Origin: Marsupella aquatica
Lineage: Eukaryota > Plantae > Marchantiophyta
DNA length: 64,000 bases
NCBI GenBank assembly: GCA_973895155.1
Contig: OZ316894.1
Coordinates: forward strand, 9,335,340-9,399,339
Reading direction: 5' to 3'
In this document: positions 48,719 to 62,000 of the stretch, piece by piece
Numbering within the stretch: the stretch's first letter is position 1
Layout: each line of letters begins with the position of its first letter
The notes under the pieces: generated by a model
Database searches by the model: none
The model's input: only the letters and a program-made list of their open reading frames with translations
Told to the model about the DNA's origin: nothing
Translations under genes and position numbers: made by a program

Positions 48719-51114
48719 AAAGCTAACTCTGAAAATTGATTCCAATTGGAAAAAGAAGAAGAAGGAGAAGAGAACGATAAGCTGAAGATCAAGGAGGAGA
48801 GCAGTCCAGAAATTTTCAAGGCTTTTCTTCGTCTTCGTCGTCTCCAACGAGAGTGGAATTCGACACTTTCTGTCTTCCTCTTGCAAGGAGGCAACGAAGC
48901 GATAGACCAGACACAACACAATCATAGCTCTGCACTAGACATCGTCGACCATAATGTATGGGAGCCACAACAACTGTAACCATGGTCAGTCATGGCCATC
49001 GCCCTACTAACTGTGGTTGATTGTATAGGGTAACCTCCATCGCCCTACTAACTATGGTTGATTGTATAGGGTAAACTATGGCCCCAAGTGGGTTATGGAA
49101 TGTAATGCCCAAGTAGGGTGAGCCCAAGGGGGTTATAACCATGGCCCACAAGAGGCCATGGATTAACAACCATAAGCCAAAAGTGTAGTTTTACTCTATC
49201 TCTGATCTGAAAGTTGTGACTGAAATTGGCTACCCCTTCGGGCGGGCTAGCCAAAGGGACCAAAATCTCATAGCCCCCAGGCCAAGCTGCCCGTGCCGGG
49301 GGAGGGGGGGCGGGGGTGGTGGTAACCCTAAACCCTACACCAACCATTTCTATGCTGCATCCCCAACTCGAGTCATCCTGGGAACTCCTAACCACACAAC
49401 TGCAGCAACCACAGTACAGTTGTCTTTCTCTAAGTGCACAGTCCATCAGTGAACAGCCTGATAATTGCCTCTTTAGAACATGGATTTGCACTTTTATTTC
49501 ACCTTTTGTAACTGCCAACAAGCCTGAAAAACTTTAGCTAAATGACAACTTTATAAGTTCAGTACCATTGATAAGTGTACATGTACACTTATTGGTAAGC
49601 GCACAATCTCATCAAATTACACTTACTTAAGTGCATGGCATGTTTCCATATAGTAAAACTCTCACTTATGGGGTAGGGGATCATATGTTTAGGGTAGATG
49701 TACAAATTAGAGTGTGTGTTTGTGTTCACTGACAGAGGGGCTATTGCACGTGGAGGAACTGTAGCTCTTCTCAGTAAATGCACAATTCCCCTATAAGCAC
49801 TTCATCATCGAGTGCAAACCTGCATTAAGTGCACACCAAATGCTTCTTCCTGGGACTATGCACTTAGAGAGAGACCACTATAGACTTTAACTGCAAATGT
49901 GGTGGGCAGTAGCCACTTGCTCACATGCACCCATGCAAAATTGATAGAAATTGTTTACTTTGTGAGCTTTGATCATTTCCAGAGTCTTGGGAAGCAAAGG
50001 CCACATGACATTGAACCCATCCACTGCAACTTGGATACATTATTGCAAAAAGGATGAAATCCTAACAAACATGTAAATGGATAACTTGTAAATATTGTGT
50101 TGCTATCAATGCAATGTGGCCTTTATCTAGAAAAACATGTCATGTGTGGCTACTCAGTGTGAGCCAGGATGGACTATCATTGTGTCTCTAACAACTCCCA
50201 TGGACTGTGACTCACAGTTCTTCACACACTTTACACCCATGGCTCATGAGAACCAGGGAGCAAAAGTCAGGTTTGAGCTTTTGCAATCAATCTGGCTCTG
50301 CATTTGTAAGCCCAGAGGACTATGCAAGGGAATGTGTTGCACTCAAAATTTTCATCTTTCACATAAACTTTTACATTAGGGGATTTACACTCAATTCTTC
50401 ATGGTTTCTATCTTCATGATTTAGATCTTCCTATGTTACAAAGCCCTTGAATTGCACGTATGTTGACACAAAATTGCCTGTTTTGATAGAGAAATACTTC
50501 AATGTTGAAGTTTTCCATAAACTCTTGCATCATGGGCAGTTCTGTTTAAAACTGAAGCTGAAACTCAGTTTACTCTTTTTGCAGTGGTATGGGGGGTGAG
50601 AATAGAGGCAACAAATATTTGTGTGGTTGGGGAGGTCACATATTCAAGTTGCCTTTTGTTTTACTCATTGCATGGGGGGTTGTTGTGCACAATTCAGTTA
50701 ATTGTTGGGGAGCTAGACAAAAGGTGATGAGCACTCTAAGGATTAACAAAGTGTATATTTTGGGATACCACATGAGATCATAGCCCTTGTTTAAGCGCCC
50801 CCATCTTACAAAGAAAATACAAATATTTATTATTATTTTCACTTTAATTACCTCATTAAGTTTATAACAGGTATATATTAGGAAGTATTTTATATATGAG
50901 TGTACATTATGATTATTACCTCATATGCTTTTTAAATGTTTTGCAAATACCACTAAAATATACATATTTTTAATCCGATGTAGTTATAAAAAGTGAGTTT
51001 GTCTGCAGTTGTCACCCCTAGAGTTTACAAAAAACTTGAATGTCAAATATAATTTCTTGTCTTTCATAGAACTTGTGTCATATTATGGTGGACTAGCCCA
51101 ATGCATGTGAGTTG

Positions 51115-51830
51115 CACAAAAGATGTTGAGGAGATAAATGATATTGAGGTGAGCAAAAGATGTTGAGGAGACAAAAGATGTCAAGGTGATAAAAGATGTC
51201 GAGGTGAGCAAAAGATGTCGAGGTGAGAAACGATGTCAAAGTGAGAAAAGATGTCGAGGAGAGAAGTTGTCAAGGTGAGCAAAATATGTCAAGGTGATAA
51301 ATATGTTTAGGAGAGAAAAGATGTCCAGATGAGCAAAAGATGTTGAGGAGAGAAAAGATGCGAGGAGAGAAAAAGATGTTGAGATGAGAAAAAGATTTAG
51401 AGGAGAGAAATATGCCAAGGAGAGCAAAAGATGTCAAGATGAGCAAAAACATTTGAGGTGATAAAAGATGTTGGGAGAGAAAATATGTCAAGGTGAGAAA
51501 ATATGTCAAGGAGAAAAAAACATGTTGCTCAGATGAGAAAAAAATTCAAGGACAGAAAAATGATTTTGAAGAGAGAAAGGGTATTGACTTGAGCAAAAGA
51601 TGTGAAGGAGATAAAAACATTTTGAGATAAGAAAAATATGTTTAGGCGAGGCAAAGATGTCTAGGCAAGAGGAGGCAAAAATGTTGAGTGCAAGTTTAGA
51701 TGTACGCTGCATTGAGGCAAGATGTTGGGGTGAGGTGAACATGTTGAGGCGGCAAAGAAATGTAAAAAAATGCAAGTGAGCCAAATAAATGTAGACAATG
51801 CAAAGAAATGCAAGTGAGACAGGAAAATTG
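51115..51830. repeat. Degenerate 18-19 bp minisatellite (GAG(C)AAAAGATGTTGAGGT-like)
   Basis: Dozens of purine-rich units that become more divergent towards the right. Confidence 0.85.
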
Positions 51831-53299
51831 TTTAGACATTTCAAATGTTGTTGCGACTATGTTGTCATTATGGCAAATAATGCAGTCACTCTGGTCAAGA
51901 GAGTGTTGTGGCTATGCCATTCTTGCAGCCATGTTGTTGCCAAGCCCAATGCCAAAGCATTGCATAGATATAGAGAGGTAAGGTAAAGAACTATTGATTA
52001 AAGGCTGGGGTTTTTAGGTGAATCAAACTGAAAATATTGGATTTGCCATAGTTCCGTCTTGCCCATTTCATGATAGAAGTGTTTTTGATGTGCATATCTT
52101 GTTCAAAATAGCACATGAAATATTGCCTTCATATTTGCAGTTTTATTTTATTTTGGACAAAGCTGTTGTTATTGTTGTGAAAGCTATGTTGTTGGTGAGA
52201 GCAAGAATGTGGAAAGGGTGAGAGGGAGCGCAAGAGAGGTGAGGACCTCCGGGTTCTTTGCCGGGTCAAGGTGTGGTCGCACAATAATATTGGGAGGAGA
52301 ACATCTTTTCCCTGATTTTCCTCCTTTCTTCACTCTTTTCCCCCCTCTTCTTTCTTGGCATCATTAAATAAACAGAGTAAATGCACAATTAATACAGAGA
52401 AGAAGAGAAAAAAGGGAGTAAAAAGCAGAATTAACTCATTTTCCTTCCTTCTATAGTCTCACACTCACCTCTATTCAAAAATCCAAAAATGTTCTCATGC
52501 CCCAAAAGTTTCTCTTTCCAAACGGGTGTCCTTTCATACTTGAAAAAAATACAATGTGAGGTGATGTCTTATAAGTATCATCTCATGTATTCTGTATTTG
52601 ACTGTTAAAATAAGCAAATCATTTGACATACCTGGTCCGTCAATCCAATAGCACTAAAAAATCTTTAAAACAATGTGATGGCTCATGTTAGTTCCCTCCA
52701 TTTCTGAATTTGTAAGCAAACTAGAGAACATTTTGGCAGCTCTTGCAAAAGTACTGTTGCTAACTGGAACTCAATTGCTGTTGCTACACTTGCTACAAAG
52801 TTTGAGTGGCTTTGATTGTTGCTGCAGCTACTGAAATTAAACTGGATCATTATTGTTGTTGCTGAAATTGAGCGGATCTACTGAAATTGAGTGGATCTGT
52901 GTTGCTGCAATATCCAATTGCTCTTGGATTCAGTTTGGTTTTGTTGCTTGCATTGCATTGTTTTGATTCAGTTTGGTTTTGCTACTTTTTTTGGTCCTTG
53001 AAGGTGCAGCTAGCTATTGAAATCAAAGTGTTTGTCAGACACCTGTACTGAACAAATCAAACTTCTATATGCAATCAAATTTCCAACAGATGAACTTGAA
53101 GGTATCTTGTTCATATAAGTCTGAGTGAAGGGGTGGGGGGGAGGGCAGGTGATTCAGACATCATGTTGCATAGAACACTTATAGAAAGTGTTGCATTAAA
53201 TTGTACAAGGGAAAATGATTGTGGAGCCCTCCACTACTTTGATGCTACGTAGAATATTTCTCCCAACCAAAGTGTTGAATAAAATTGTATGAGACACAA

Positions 53300-53975
53300 T
53301 TTGCATAGCCCTCCACTACCTTGATGAGCGTAGTGGTGGACCTAGCCATCCAATGCCCTCACCAAACTCAGTAGCCTTGCCCGAGTACTCTGAGCACCTA
53401 GGGGCCAACACATAACTCTACAAGTGAGCAACTAGGTGCCTCTAACACCACCAGTGGTAGTTCCCATACGAAGCCATATTTACTCCTCATCACAACCTTT
53501 GCTCAACGGCCCTTATTGTCTGCACAAGCAACCAACCCACCTAGTAAGTAATTTGATCTCGGATCCCCAAGGCCCTTGTCTTGCAGCAAGCTTAACAATC
53601 GTTAGTAAGTAGATCAACGGATAAAACCTCTTGGGCCCCACTGACCTTGCCATAAGCTGAAGCTAAGGTCACCATCCATTGTTTGTCCAGAACAGCCCAC
53701 AATCTATTGGGGGCCTCTCACTCAAGTCCTCAGAACTTGGGGTCCTTTTAGGGTCAGGACAGTCTGCCCCAAGCCCAACCCATCTCATGACCCAACCAAC
53801 CCCTATCGCCAGTATGGGTTGTGTGTGCTCTAGCTCAGCTCCTCGCCTTTGCTAGAGCAACGCTTCCTTGATTTCAAGTCTCCTCATGCTTAGTCCCTTT
53901 GGATGACCATCATGGGCTTGGACCATGGAGGAGCTCAATGTCGGAGTTAGCAACATTGGAGCTAAGTGATGTGGT
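53300..53975 (-). mobile_element. Copia-associated LTR-like repeat copy
   Basis: Aligns to the reverse complement of 36262-37030 and 34960-35103. Confidence 0.6.
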
Positions 53976-55260
53976 AGTTGAGTTCTGTGACTAGTGCTAT
54001 GTCGCACTATTTTGATACTCTATTGTTCACTCGCCTTCACACATCCCTAAAGACAGAGCCATCTGCTGTTCTTGCGGAGCCATTCACAAGTTCTTTGCAT
54101 ATGATCCCTAATCAATGCTCTAGTCCTCCACAACTATAAAGCTTTCCACAACTACATATGGTCTATTGTTGGATACTTAAATCAGTATTTAACAAGAAAC
54201 TTAAACAAAAGTGGAAGAACTGTGTTTGGGGGGAATATACGTGTACCATTTGCATGATGACACTCAGGTGTACCAATTAGAACATGCCATATGCATGAAC
54301 ATGACACAAAAACCTTAACTTTCTTAGAAATGTCCATGAAATATGACCCACTTAACAAGCCTATTGTTTTTTGAGGCCAGGTATCATACAAGTAATGCCT
54401 AATTTAACACCTGCCAGGGCGGGTATCATGATGGTACTGCCAAATTTAACACCTGCCAGGCCGGGCATTGCCAGGCCTTTTATTTCCCTTGCAACTACAG
54501 CGAACGCAATGTGGATAAGTGCTGGCTGACCATGGAGTCCCCTAATACTAGAGCAATCTTGTTTGTAAATGCATCAAAAAGTTCAGTTGCGTAAGTGCAG
54601 TTTGACTCTCACTAAATGACAAATGCAAAGTGCATGTCCGTTTATAGGTTTACGCACTCAGTTATCAATTACTACAATGCATACACAAGAAGCATTTATT
54701 GATTAGTGCACCAAACAACTACATAAAGTAGTTTCATGCACTTATCCAGTTGAATCGTGCCATATGAGAATTCCAGGTATGAGGAGTCCAATGTGTGTGA
54801 CCTGACAACACAAACTGGAAGAGTTTGAGCAATATTAGATCCCATGCACTTATTAGATAGTGCAGACCATGCAATATAGAAAAATGCATGAGTGATATCC
54901 CATGCACTCAAAGCATAGTGCATTCGGTGACAAGTGCTTGCTGGTGATGTAGTCCTGAGAGTCTACACTTCACTTAAACCACACATGCCCTTAAAAAAAG
55001 CCCCCCTTCCTACTGCTCATTCATGCTGCCAGGTTGACTGAAAAATGTGGAGTATCACTTAAAACTTTGCACTTAAAATTTGCACTTAGTCCGTTAAATT
55101 AATATGTAGAATGAGAGCTACAAGTTACCTGCAACTCTTATACATGAAAGTGTGGTTTAAGCTACCCGCCCAACACTAGTTACTGCTTAGTACCCATGGT
55201 TACTCACTATCACTATGGTACAGTCGCTTCGGTTTTGGGGGCAAAAATCTGTAATTAATA

Positions 55261-55268
55261 TTTGGCGC
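55261..55268 (+). promoter_or_regulatory. E2F consensus site (TTTGGCGC) upstream of TONSOKU
   Basis: Exact WTTSSCSS match in the CpG-rich region just before the TSK leader. Confidence 0.45.
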
Positions 55269-56049
55269 TATGGCTTCGCGATCGTGACAAAGCACTACAG
55301 GATGACGTTTACAGTCCAGAGCGCGGGAGCGAGAGGCGAAGACCAAAGTTCCACAATTCAAACAACCCACTATTCGAATGGCGAAATCCACTCAGACCCA
55401 GCATTTCAATTCACATCATCACATCGATCGCTAGTGTCTCGACGATACTAGTGTCTCGACGATACAGTAGAGTATCCGATTGGAGACGTCGTCGGGAAAC
55501 AAATTGAGATGAAACACGGCATTTACGAATTGCGGAGCGATGCTCTGTCCGGAGTAATTGACATCTCCCGAGCGCGCTCTCGGAGTTGGGACCTTTTTTC
55601 TTCTTGAAAATGTTAGCGCTCTGATTAGCTCATGAGCATTGGAACTTCAGCGTAGAGCTTCGCTTATTAATTAGAGTGACGGACACTCTGCTGGCAAGTT
55701 TGCTCCATCGATCGATTGATCGCTTACCGAAGTTATGGGAAACAATTCGGGTCGATTATAAGGCTGACTATGTACGTGTACGAGCTTCTTCTACTCGATC
55801 CGATGATGACTGACGATAGAAAGCGCGGAGGATGGCATCACTGAATAGTGGAACTCGACAGAGAAGGATCACTTGATTGGACACACGGCAAAGCAAGGCA
55901 AGGCAAGTGAAGAGAAGGCAGTGTAAGATAGGGCAGGGGGAGAGACGGAACGAATGGCAGATTTGGAGACCGGATTGATTGATTGAGGGAGGGGGTGAAT
56001 TGTGATTGGAATTGGAATTGGAATTGGTGGTACTACTATAGAGAAGAGA

Positions 56050-59000
56050 ATGGGGCGGGCTACGAAGGGCAAGCAGGCAATGCCTTCGCTAGAGGTAATC
56101 AAGACCAGCTACCGGAATGCGCGGGACAACGGGGACAAGGAAGAAGAAGCACGATGGGCGAACCAAATGGGACATGCATTCAAAGACAGGGGGGAATACG
56201 TCAACGCTTTGAAGTGGTTTAGGAAGGACTATGAAATCTCGCTCTCAGGGCGCAGAGGCCTGGACCCGGCGAAACTCATGCCAACTTGCCAGTCTATTGG
56301 AGAAGTCTACCTCCGCCTTCAAAACTACGATGATGCTCTTACTTACCAGGTGAGGAGCTCGACTTAAGAACCTTCATGGTTGATAGTGTTGGGGTTGAAC
56401 TTTCCAATTTAGAGGTCCAGTTCCACCTACAGCGAATCGCTCCGTGAGTGATTCCGCTACAGTGGTCAAATCTGCTTTTCTGACGCCGTTCAATTCGATG
56501 CATTGCATGGCTCCGCGGTAGAATTTCCACTTGACCTAGTATGGTATTCAGTTGCTTCTTTTGCGCTTCAAAGATTGTATTCCAATTCCTTCATGTCTTT
56601 GCAAAGAATTATGGCATTCAACTCACCTATTTTGCTGTCGTTCAACGATTCCATTCCAGTGAATTTTGTCTCTCACCACAAGCACTTCCACTGGACTGTT
56701 GGCGTATTTTACTTGTTTCATGTGCTTTTTGTACAAATGCTCTGTCCCCGTAAATCTTTTGTCTCAGTGATATAAGCACTTGAAGTGGGCTAACTACTGT
56801 ATACACTCTGCTTCTCTACTGTGGTTCGATGACTCAATTTTCCATGAAATTTCGTTTCTCAGCACAAGCACTTCCACTGGGCAGAGCAAGCTGGTGACAC
56901 AGTCGAGCAGCAGAGGGCTAGTACTCAGCTAGGCAGAACGTATTTGGAGCTTTACGAGGTAAAGGAACGAAATTCAGCTTGGCCAGACGCGAAGGCCTAC
57001 TTTCAGACATCCCTGGAGCTTGCTCGGCGTCTGAGAGCGAACCTTCCGGCGAGTCATACATCTCCGTCCGGATTTGTGATTGAGCAAGTGGATGCATATA
57101 ACAATCTTGGACTGGTGAGGGCACTGGCTGAAGATTCTAAGCAGGCGTTGAAATTCTATACAGCAGGTTTGAAGCTCTGCGACGAGGAGGAAGTGGACGA
57201 GAATGATGCTGCGCGTTCTAGGATCCATCACAATCTTGGACGTCTTTACGCTGAGCTCCGCGACTGGGAGAAGGCGAAGTACCATACCGAATTGGACATA
57301 GAGATCTGCCAGAAAATCCCTCATGCGCAAGGGGAGGCTAAAGGACTCATGAATCTGGCAGATCTGTACTTCAAGTCCCAAGACTATGAGCAGGCCACTC
57401 GATGCTACAAGAGAGCGCTGCACATTGCGCAGCCCCTTGAAGACGAGGATGCTTTGATCTCTCAAATTAAGAGCAACCTTGAAATTGTTGGGCAGGCAAA
57501 AGCTCAGATGAAAGCGTTCGACGCCGATATGCGGAGTCTATCCAAACTAAGGCGAGAGGTTGAATCTTCAAAAGGGACTGCAGCTGAAAGGAAATACATA
57601 AAGCAGGAATGCGCGCTTCTACTGGAGCTCACCGGCCGGGCTGACGACCTGCAGGCGTGGGAGGTGGTACGTATTTATGAACTTTTCTTCTCCAGATTGC
57701 TGGAATCTCCGAGGCGGTGAATTTGTGCTGTGTGGGTCGTTAAAGTTTCGTGGGCAAGAAAGCTTCTTCACTGCAGTCCTTTCCAGAGTTTCAAGATCTC
57801 GTCGAAGTTGGGAAATGTGGCTGTCTGATGCATGCTGCCCCCAAATCTGAAAAGTAGAATGGTGATGCACGTAAATAGCTCCTACCTCTGGTCCACTTAG
57901 TAGCACTAAAGTCCTCACTGGCTCATGTAAATAGTGCATGTTGTTTACTTTGCGTCGAGGTTTGTGTGGTTTACTTCTGGGAGTGGTGGCCATCTGGCGG
58001 ATGGGTTTACAGAGAATGAACCTAGTGCCCCTACGCCTTGCACAAAATAAGAAGCCTGCTGTCCGCACAATTTAAGGAACGAGACGGGAAGTCAAATACC
58101 CAAAAGGGTTTCTGCCTTTAGAGGCTTGCCCTCAAAAACAAAAACCATTCGTTTTTCAGTTCCCTTTGTTCATGCGATGGTGTACGTCTGACCAAATGCC
58201 TTCTCTGACTCAATGGGTCTGCCTGACCAGCATCTCGGACTTGCAAAGAGGTTGAAAAAGTTAACTCATGGGCTTGGTGACATCGAAAAACTGGGAGATG
58301 CACTCGAAACAGTGGCCTCTTCATACTACAGTCTTCGAAATTTTCAAAAGTCAAAGAAGTGGCACTTGAAGAGCTTTGAGCTCTGCAAGCGAATTGGGCA
58401 CACGGAGGTAACATCCCTCTTTCCATTTTAGCGGCAGCAGACTTAGGTCGCTTGCTGTTTGCTCACTTTTGGAAAAGGTGTCTAACCTTTACGTTCAATT
58501 TGAAGTCGCGTGGCCCGGTGACATTTGTGTCCATGGTGACTCGCAGGGTCAGATTGTTTCGAAGATAAATTATGGTAACGCGTTAGATGCTTCCGGGGAT
58601 GCGGCGGCCGCATTGACTGCCTATCAAGAAGCCTTTGAGTAAGTTTGGTCTCTGCACCGCTGCTTCTGTCTGGCAATTTTTTTGACACTTTTCCAATTCC
58701 CTTTGTTGTATATTGCCTCTCTGCCAAAGCGAATGTGCTTACACCCTGCATTTGTTGTGTGTGCAGAGCTGCTAAAACTGGCAAGATGCTCACACAGCAG
58801 ATCAGCGCCCTTGAGAACATACATTACTGCTACTTTGTACGACTGGAACGTATAGAGGAGGCAAGGTGAGAACGAGATTTCTCGGTCCCTACTATTTCGT
58901 CTTTACTCCAGAGCAGTAACTGATCTGGCAGGATTGGTGCTCCAAATCATTGCAGGAAACAAGTGGTAGCCTTTCAAGCGCCTATAAGTGACAATTTACG

Positions 59001-62000
59001 TCCTGCAGTTCTACACTTTTGGAGACTGAATTCTACCTTGTACACTACCCAGAAATTGGTCTTCGTTCATTACGGTCCTTTGTTCGCATATCACCTGGCA
59101 AACGCTTGAGGGCTCGTACCGGTTGCATCCGAGGACGTCATTTCCTAAGCCAACTTCAATTCTACAGTCCTTTTCAAAGCTCATGTCTCTCATCCTTCGT
59201 GATTTTGAAACTGTAAATTGAATTTTCAAAAACATAGTACACATGTGTAATCTGAGTGTCCTTTCTTTCACATGCCAGCGAGCCATGTGAGACCTGTTAC
59301 ATTGCGGCAACTGTCGATGTAGCAGATCATGAAACTGTCTCGACCTTGTCTGAATCTATCCTCTGCTTGTCTCAGGAAGGTAGAGTTTCAATTGCAGGAA
59401 CTGCAGCATGCAAAGGATGCACCTAAAGCCCAAGACGACGACGACGGAGATGAAAGGTGCTCTGAAACTGGCAGTGAAGGGCCTTCTGCAGATAGCCCAA
59501 TGGCAGCGGCGTCAATCTGCGATTCGGATGAGGACAGATTGGCAGGAAGAGAGAGGATCTCCAGTGTACAGTCTCGGAGGATTAACCTTGTGTCTGATTC
59601 AGACGAGTCAGATGATGACAACTCTCCACTCTCGTCGATAAAACCTCAAATCCGTAGTAGGGGTCTGTCAGAGAGGAGAAACACTTCACAGACGAAGCAA
59701 ACTAAGAGAGAGCCTGCAGGTCAGGCCGTCCCTGTGCCAGAAAAACGCCTTACGCAAAGGAAACAACTGTTTAGGGCAAGGACAAGAAGTCAATTTAGCG
59801 ATTGCAACAAACGGGTGCTCTCAGATGATGAGGAGAGAGGAGGGTCGTTGGAGGTTGAATTGGGCCGCCGGCAAGCAAGCAGATCAGCTAGAGTAGTGGA
59901 AGACAATGATAGTGCTATTCACTCCGGTGACAGTAGAGACACTGGTTCGAAAAGAGACGTTCGATCTCCCACGAGAATTGACACAGCTGAGCATGTTGTC
60001 CTCAGCTCTGATGATGATATGCCAACCTTCTCGAGGAAGAAAAGCAAACTGTCCAACTCATGTTCAAGGCCGTCCGCTGATATCGAAGATTTGAGATCCC
60101 CTCCACATGATCTTGAGGGTGAACTGCCAGGCGGCGATGATTGGCTATATGACATTGATAGCCCCAGGGAGTTCAATAATACGAATGTTTCTGAGCTTGG
60201 ATCCAAATTTTCCGAAGAACGCCCTGGAAAAATGCCTTCACTCAATATTAGGGCCCCAATTCCGAACAGAGAGAAAACTGGTGAAGCAGTTGCTCAGACT
60301 AAGACCTCTGGGCCCAAAGATGGAGAGAGTTTGGGAGGAGTTGCCAGGAGAGTCTCTTCCACTGTAGCTGACAAAGGAGCAGAGCTCGCACATGCAATTG
60401 CTTTTTCAAGTCCCCTGAAGGATCGGGAAGGGACAAGGAGACACCCAAACTCCGTGCAAGGTATGCTCAATAATCTTGACGCTGTTGGTGACATATCTGA
60501 TGTGCATGCGAGATGTCGGACCTCTTGTTTGAGGTGTATAGATATCACTACCTCAGAAAAAGTTGAGTGTGTTGCTGATCAGAGTGTAACTTACAAAGGT
60601 CTTCACCAGCTTTGCAAGCAAAGTCCCGTGTAACCGAGAATTGTGTTTTCAGGTTCGACCAACATCTCGTTGTTGGAGAGCTACTTGAACCATTGCTCTG
60701 ATGGTCCCCTGTTCATACCGACAAATGCAGATCTAGTGGAGAAACTCCGCTCTCAAAAGGTGAGGGTTCATTGTCGCTTTCATGGACTTGAAAGGCTTTG
60801 CTATCGGGCTACTTGTTTGTGCCGTAGAAATAAATGCCTCTTTTGAATGAAGTTTTTATTTCGTCAATCGGAGTGTGCATGCAGTTGGATGCAGCTTTAA
60901 AATTTCTCGTTCTCGCCAATCACAGGTCGCAGAAGAGGTAGTCGTTGCTGGCTGCAACATGCAGGATAGCGATGCGCGTCCTTTGCTCGCAGCTCTTGGA
61001 GAAAGTGATGCCTTCTCACTGCTAGATATGTCTCACAATCAACTCGGTAATTAGCTGGCACATCCCTGAATTTTATGCGCCGTACTGCCATGAGATCTAG
61101 TTTCCATAGTAAAATGAGATGAGATGGGGTTGTGGAACCTAAACGACTCTTTTATTTCTACGCAGGGAATGCAACGGTACATGCCATCCAGGAGCTCATT
61201 AAATCTACCGACCAGGCAGATTTAGGACTGACATTGGACCTTCATTGCAACAAGCTGGGAGCTGGAGCACTGCTGGAGGTAAGAAGGGTCTACATTAATT
61301 GTTTTCTGCATGAGGCACAGTACACTAGTCGAGTTCTCTGTTGGAATCGGCTTGTGTCATCTTTGCGCGAAGCCGAATGAAATGCTCGTCTGTGTTGAGT
61401 TGTGGGTGCTGTCGCTGTTTTCTATCATTAACAGCACTATCAAATCGAAATCTGACGTTGTGAACTCACGTGTATTTGCAGATCTGTCGTTGTCCAGTGT
61501 CGCTTTCTCGTCTTGAAGTGCTTAATCTATCAGGAAATCGCCTAACCGATGCTGCTGCTCGCCATCTTTCTAAGATCCTGAAGGAGACTCAAGGTATGGT
61601 GCAACTTGAAAACTTGAATGGAGCCCTTAGGAGAGAGTTAGGACTCCGGCGTTTTGTGATCGTCATGGTGGCATCCTTTACTCTCTCCTTTGAAAGTGAT
61701 CGAACTTCTCGTGTACTGTGTCTTTCCGGTAATGATCACTCGTCTGTTATTCTAAAGGTTTGATAAATACACCCCGCTTGCTCTGTTCATTTGTACAACT
61801 AAAATCTCATTGGAGCCTACATGATTGGCAGCGCTGTCAACCTTGAACTTGGAATCGTGTGCTCTAACGACACGTGCAATCACACAATTGACTTCGGCAC
61901 TCCATCCCCGGTCTCCGCTCAATAAATTGTGCATTGGTAAGTCTTTGAATGTTTTCCCTCTTGCTTGCGAGAACATGCCGTGGAACATAACTATTTGCAT

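Noticed and set aside
48579-48979. ORFs containing ERERER/SLSLSL
   Set aside because: Translations of the (CT)n microsatellite.
51115-51830. Regularly spaced repeats superficially like a CRISPR array, and Phe/Leu/Ser-rich ORFs
   Set aside because: Contiguous degenerate minisatellite with no unique spacers, in a eukaryotic context.
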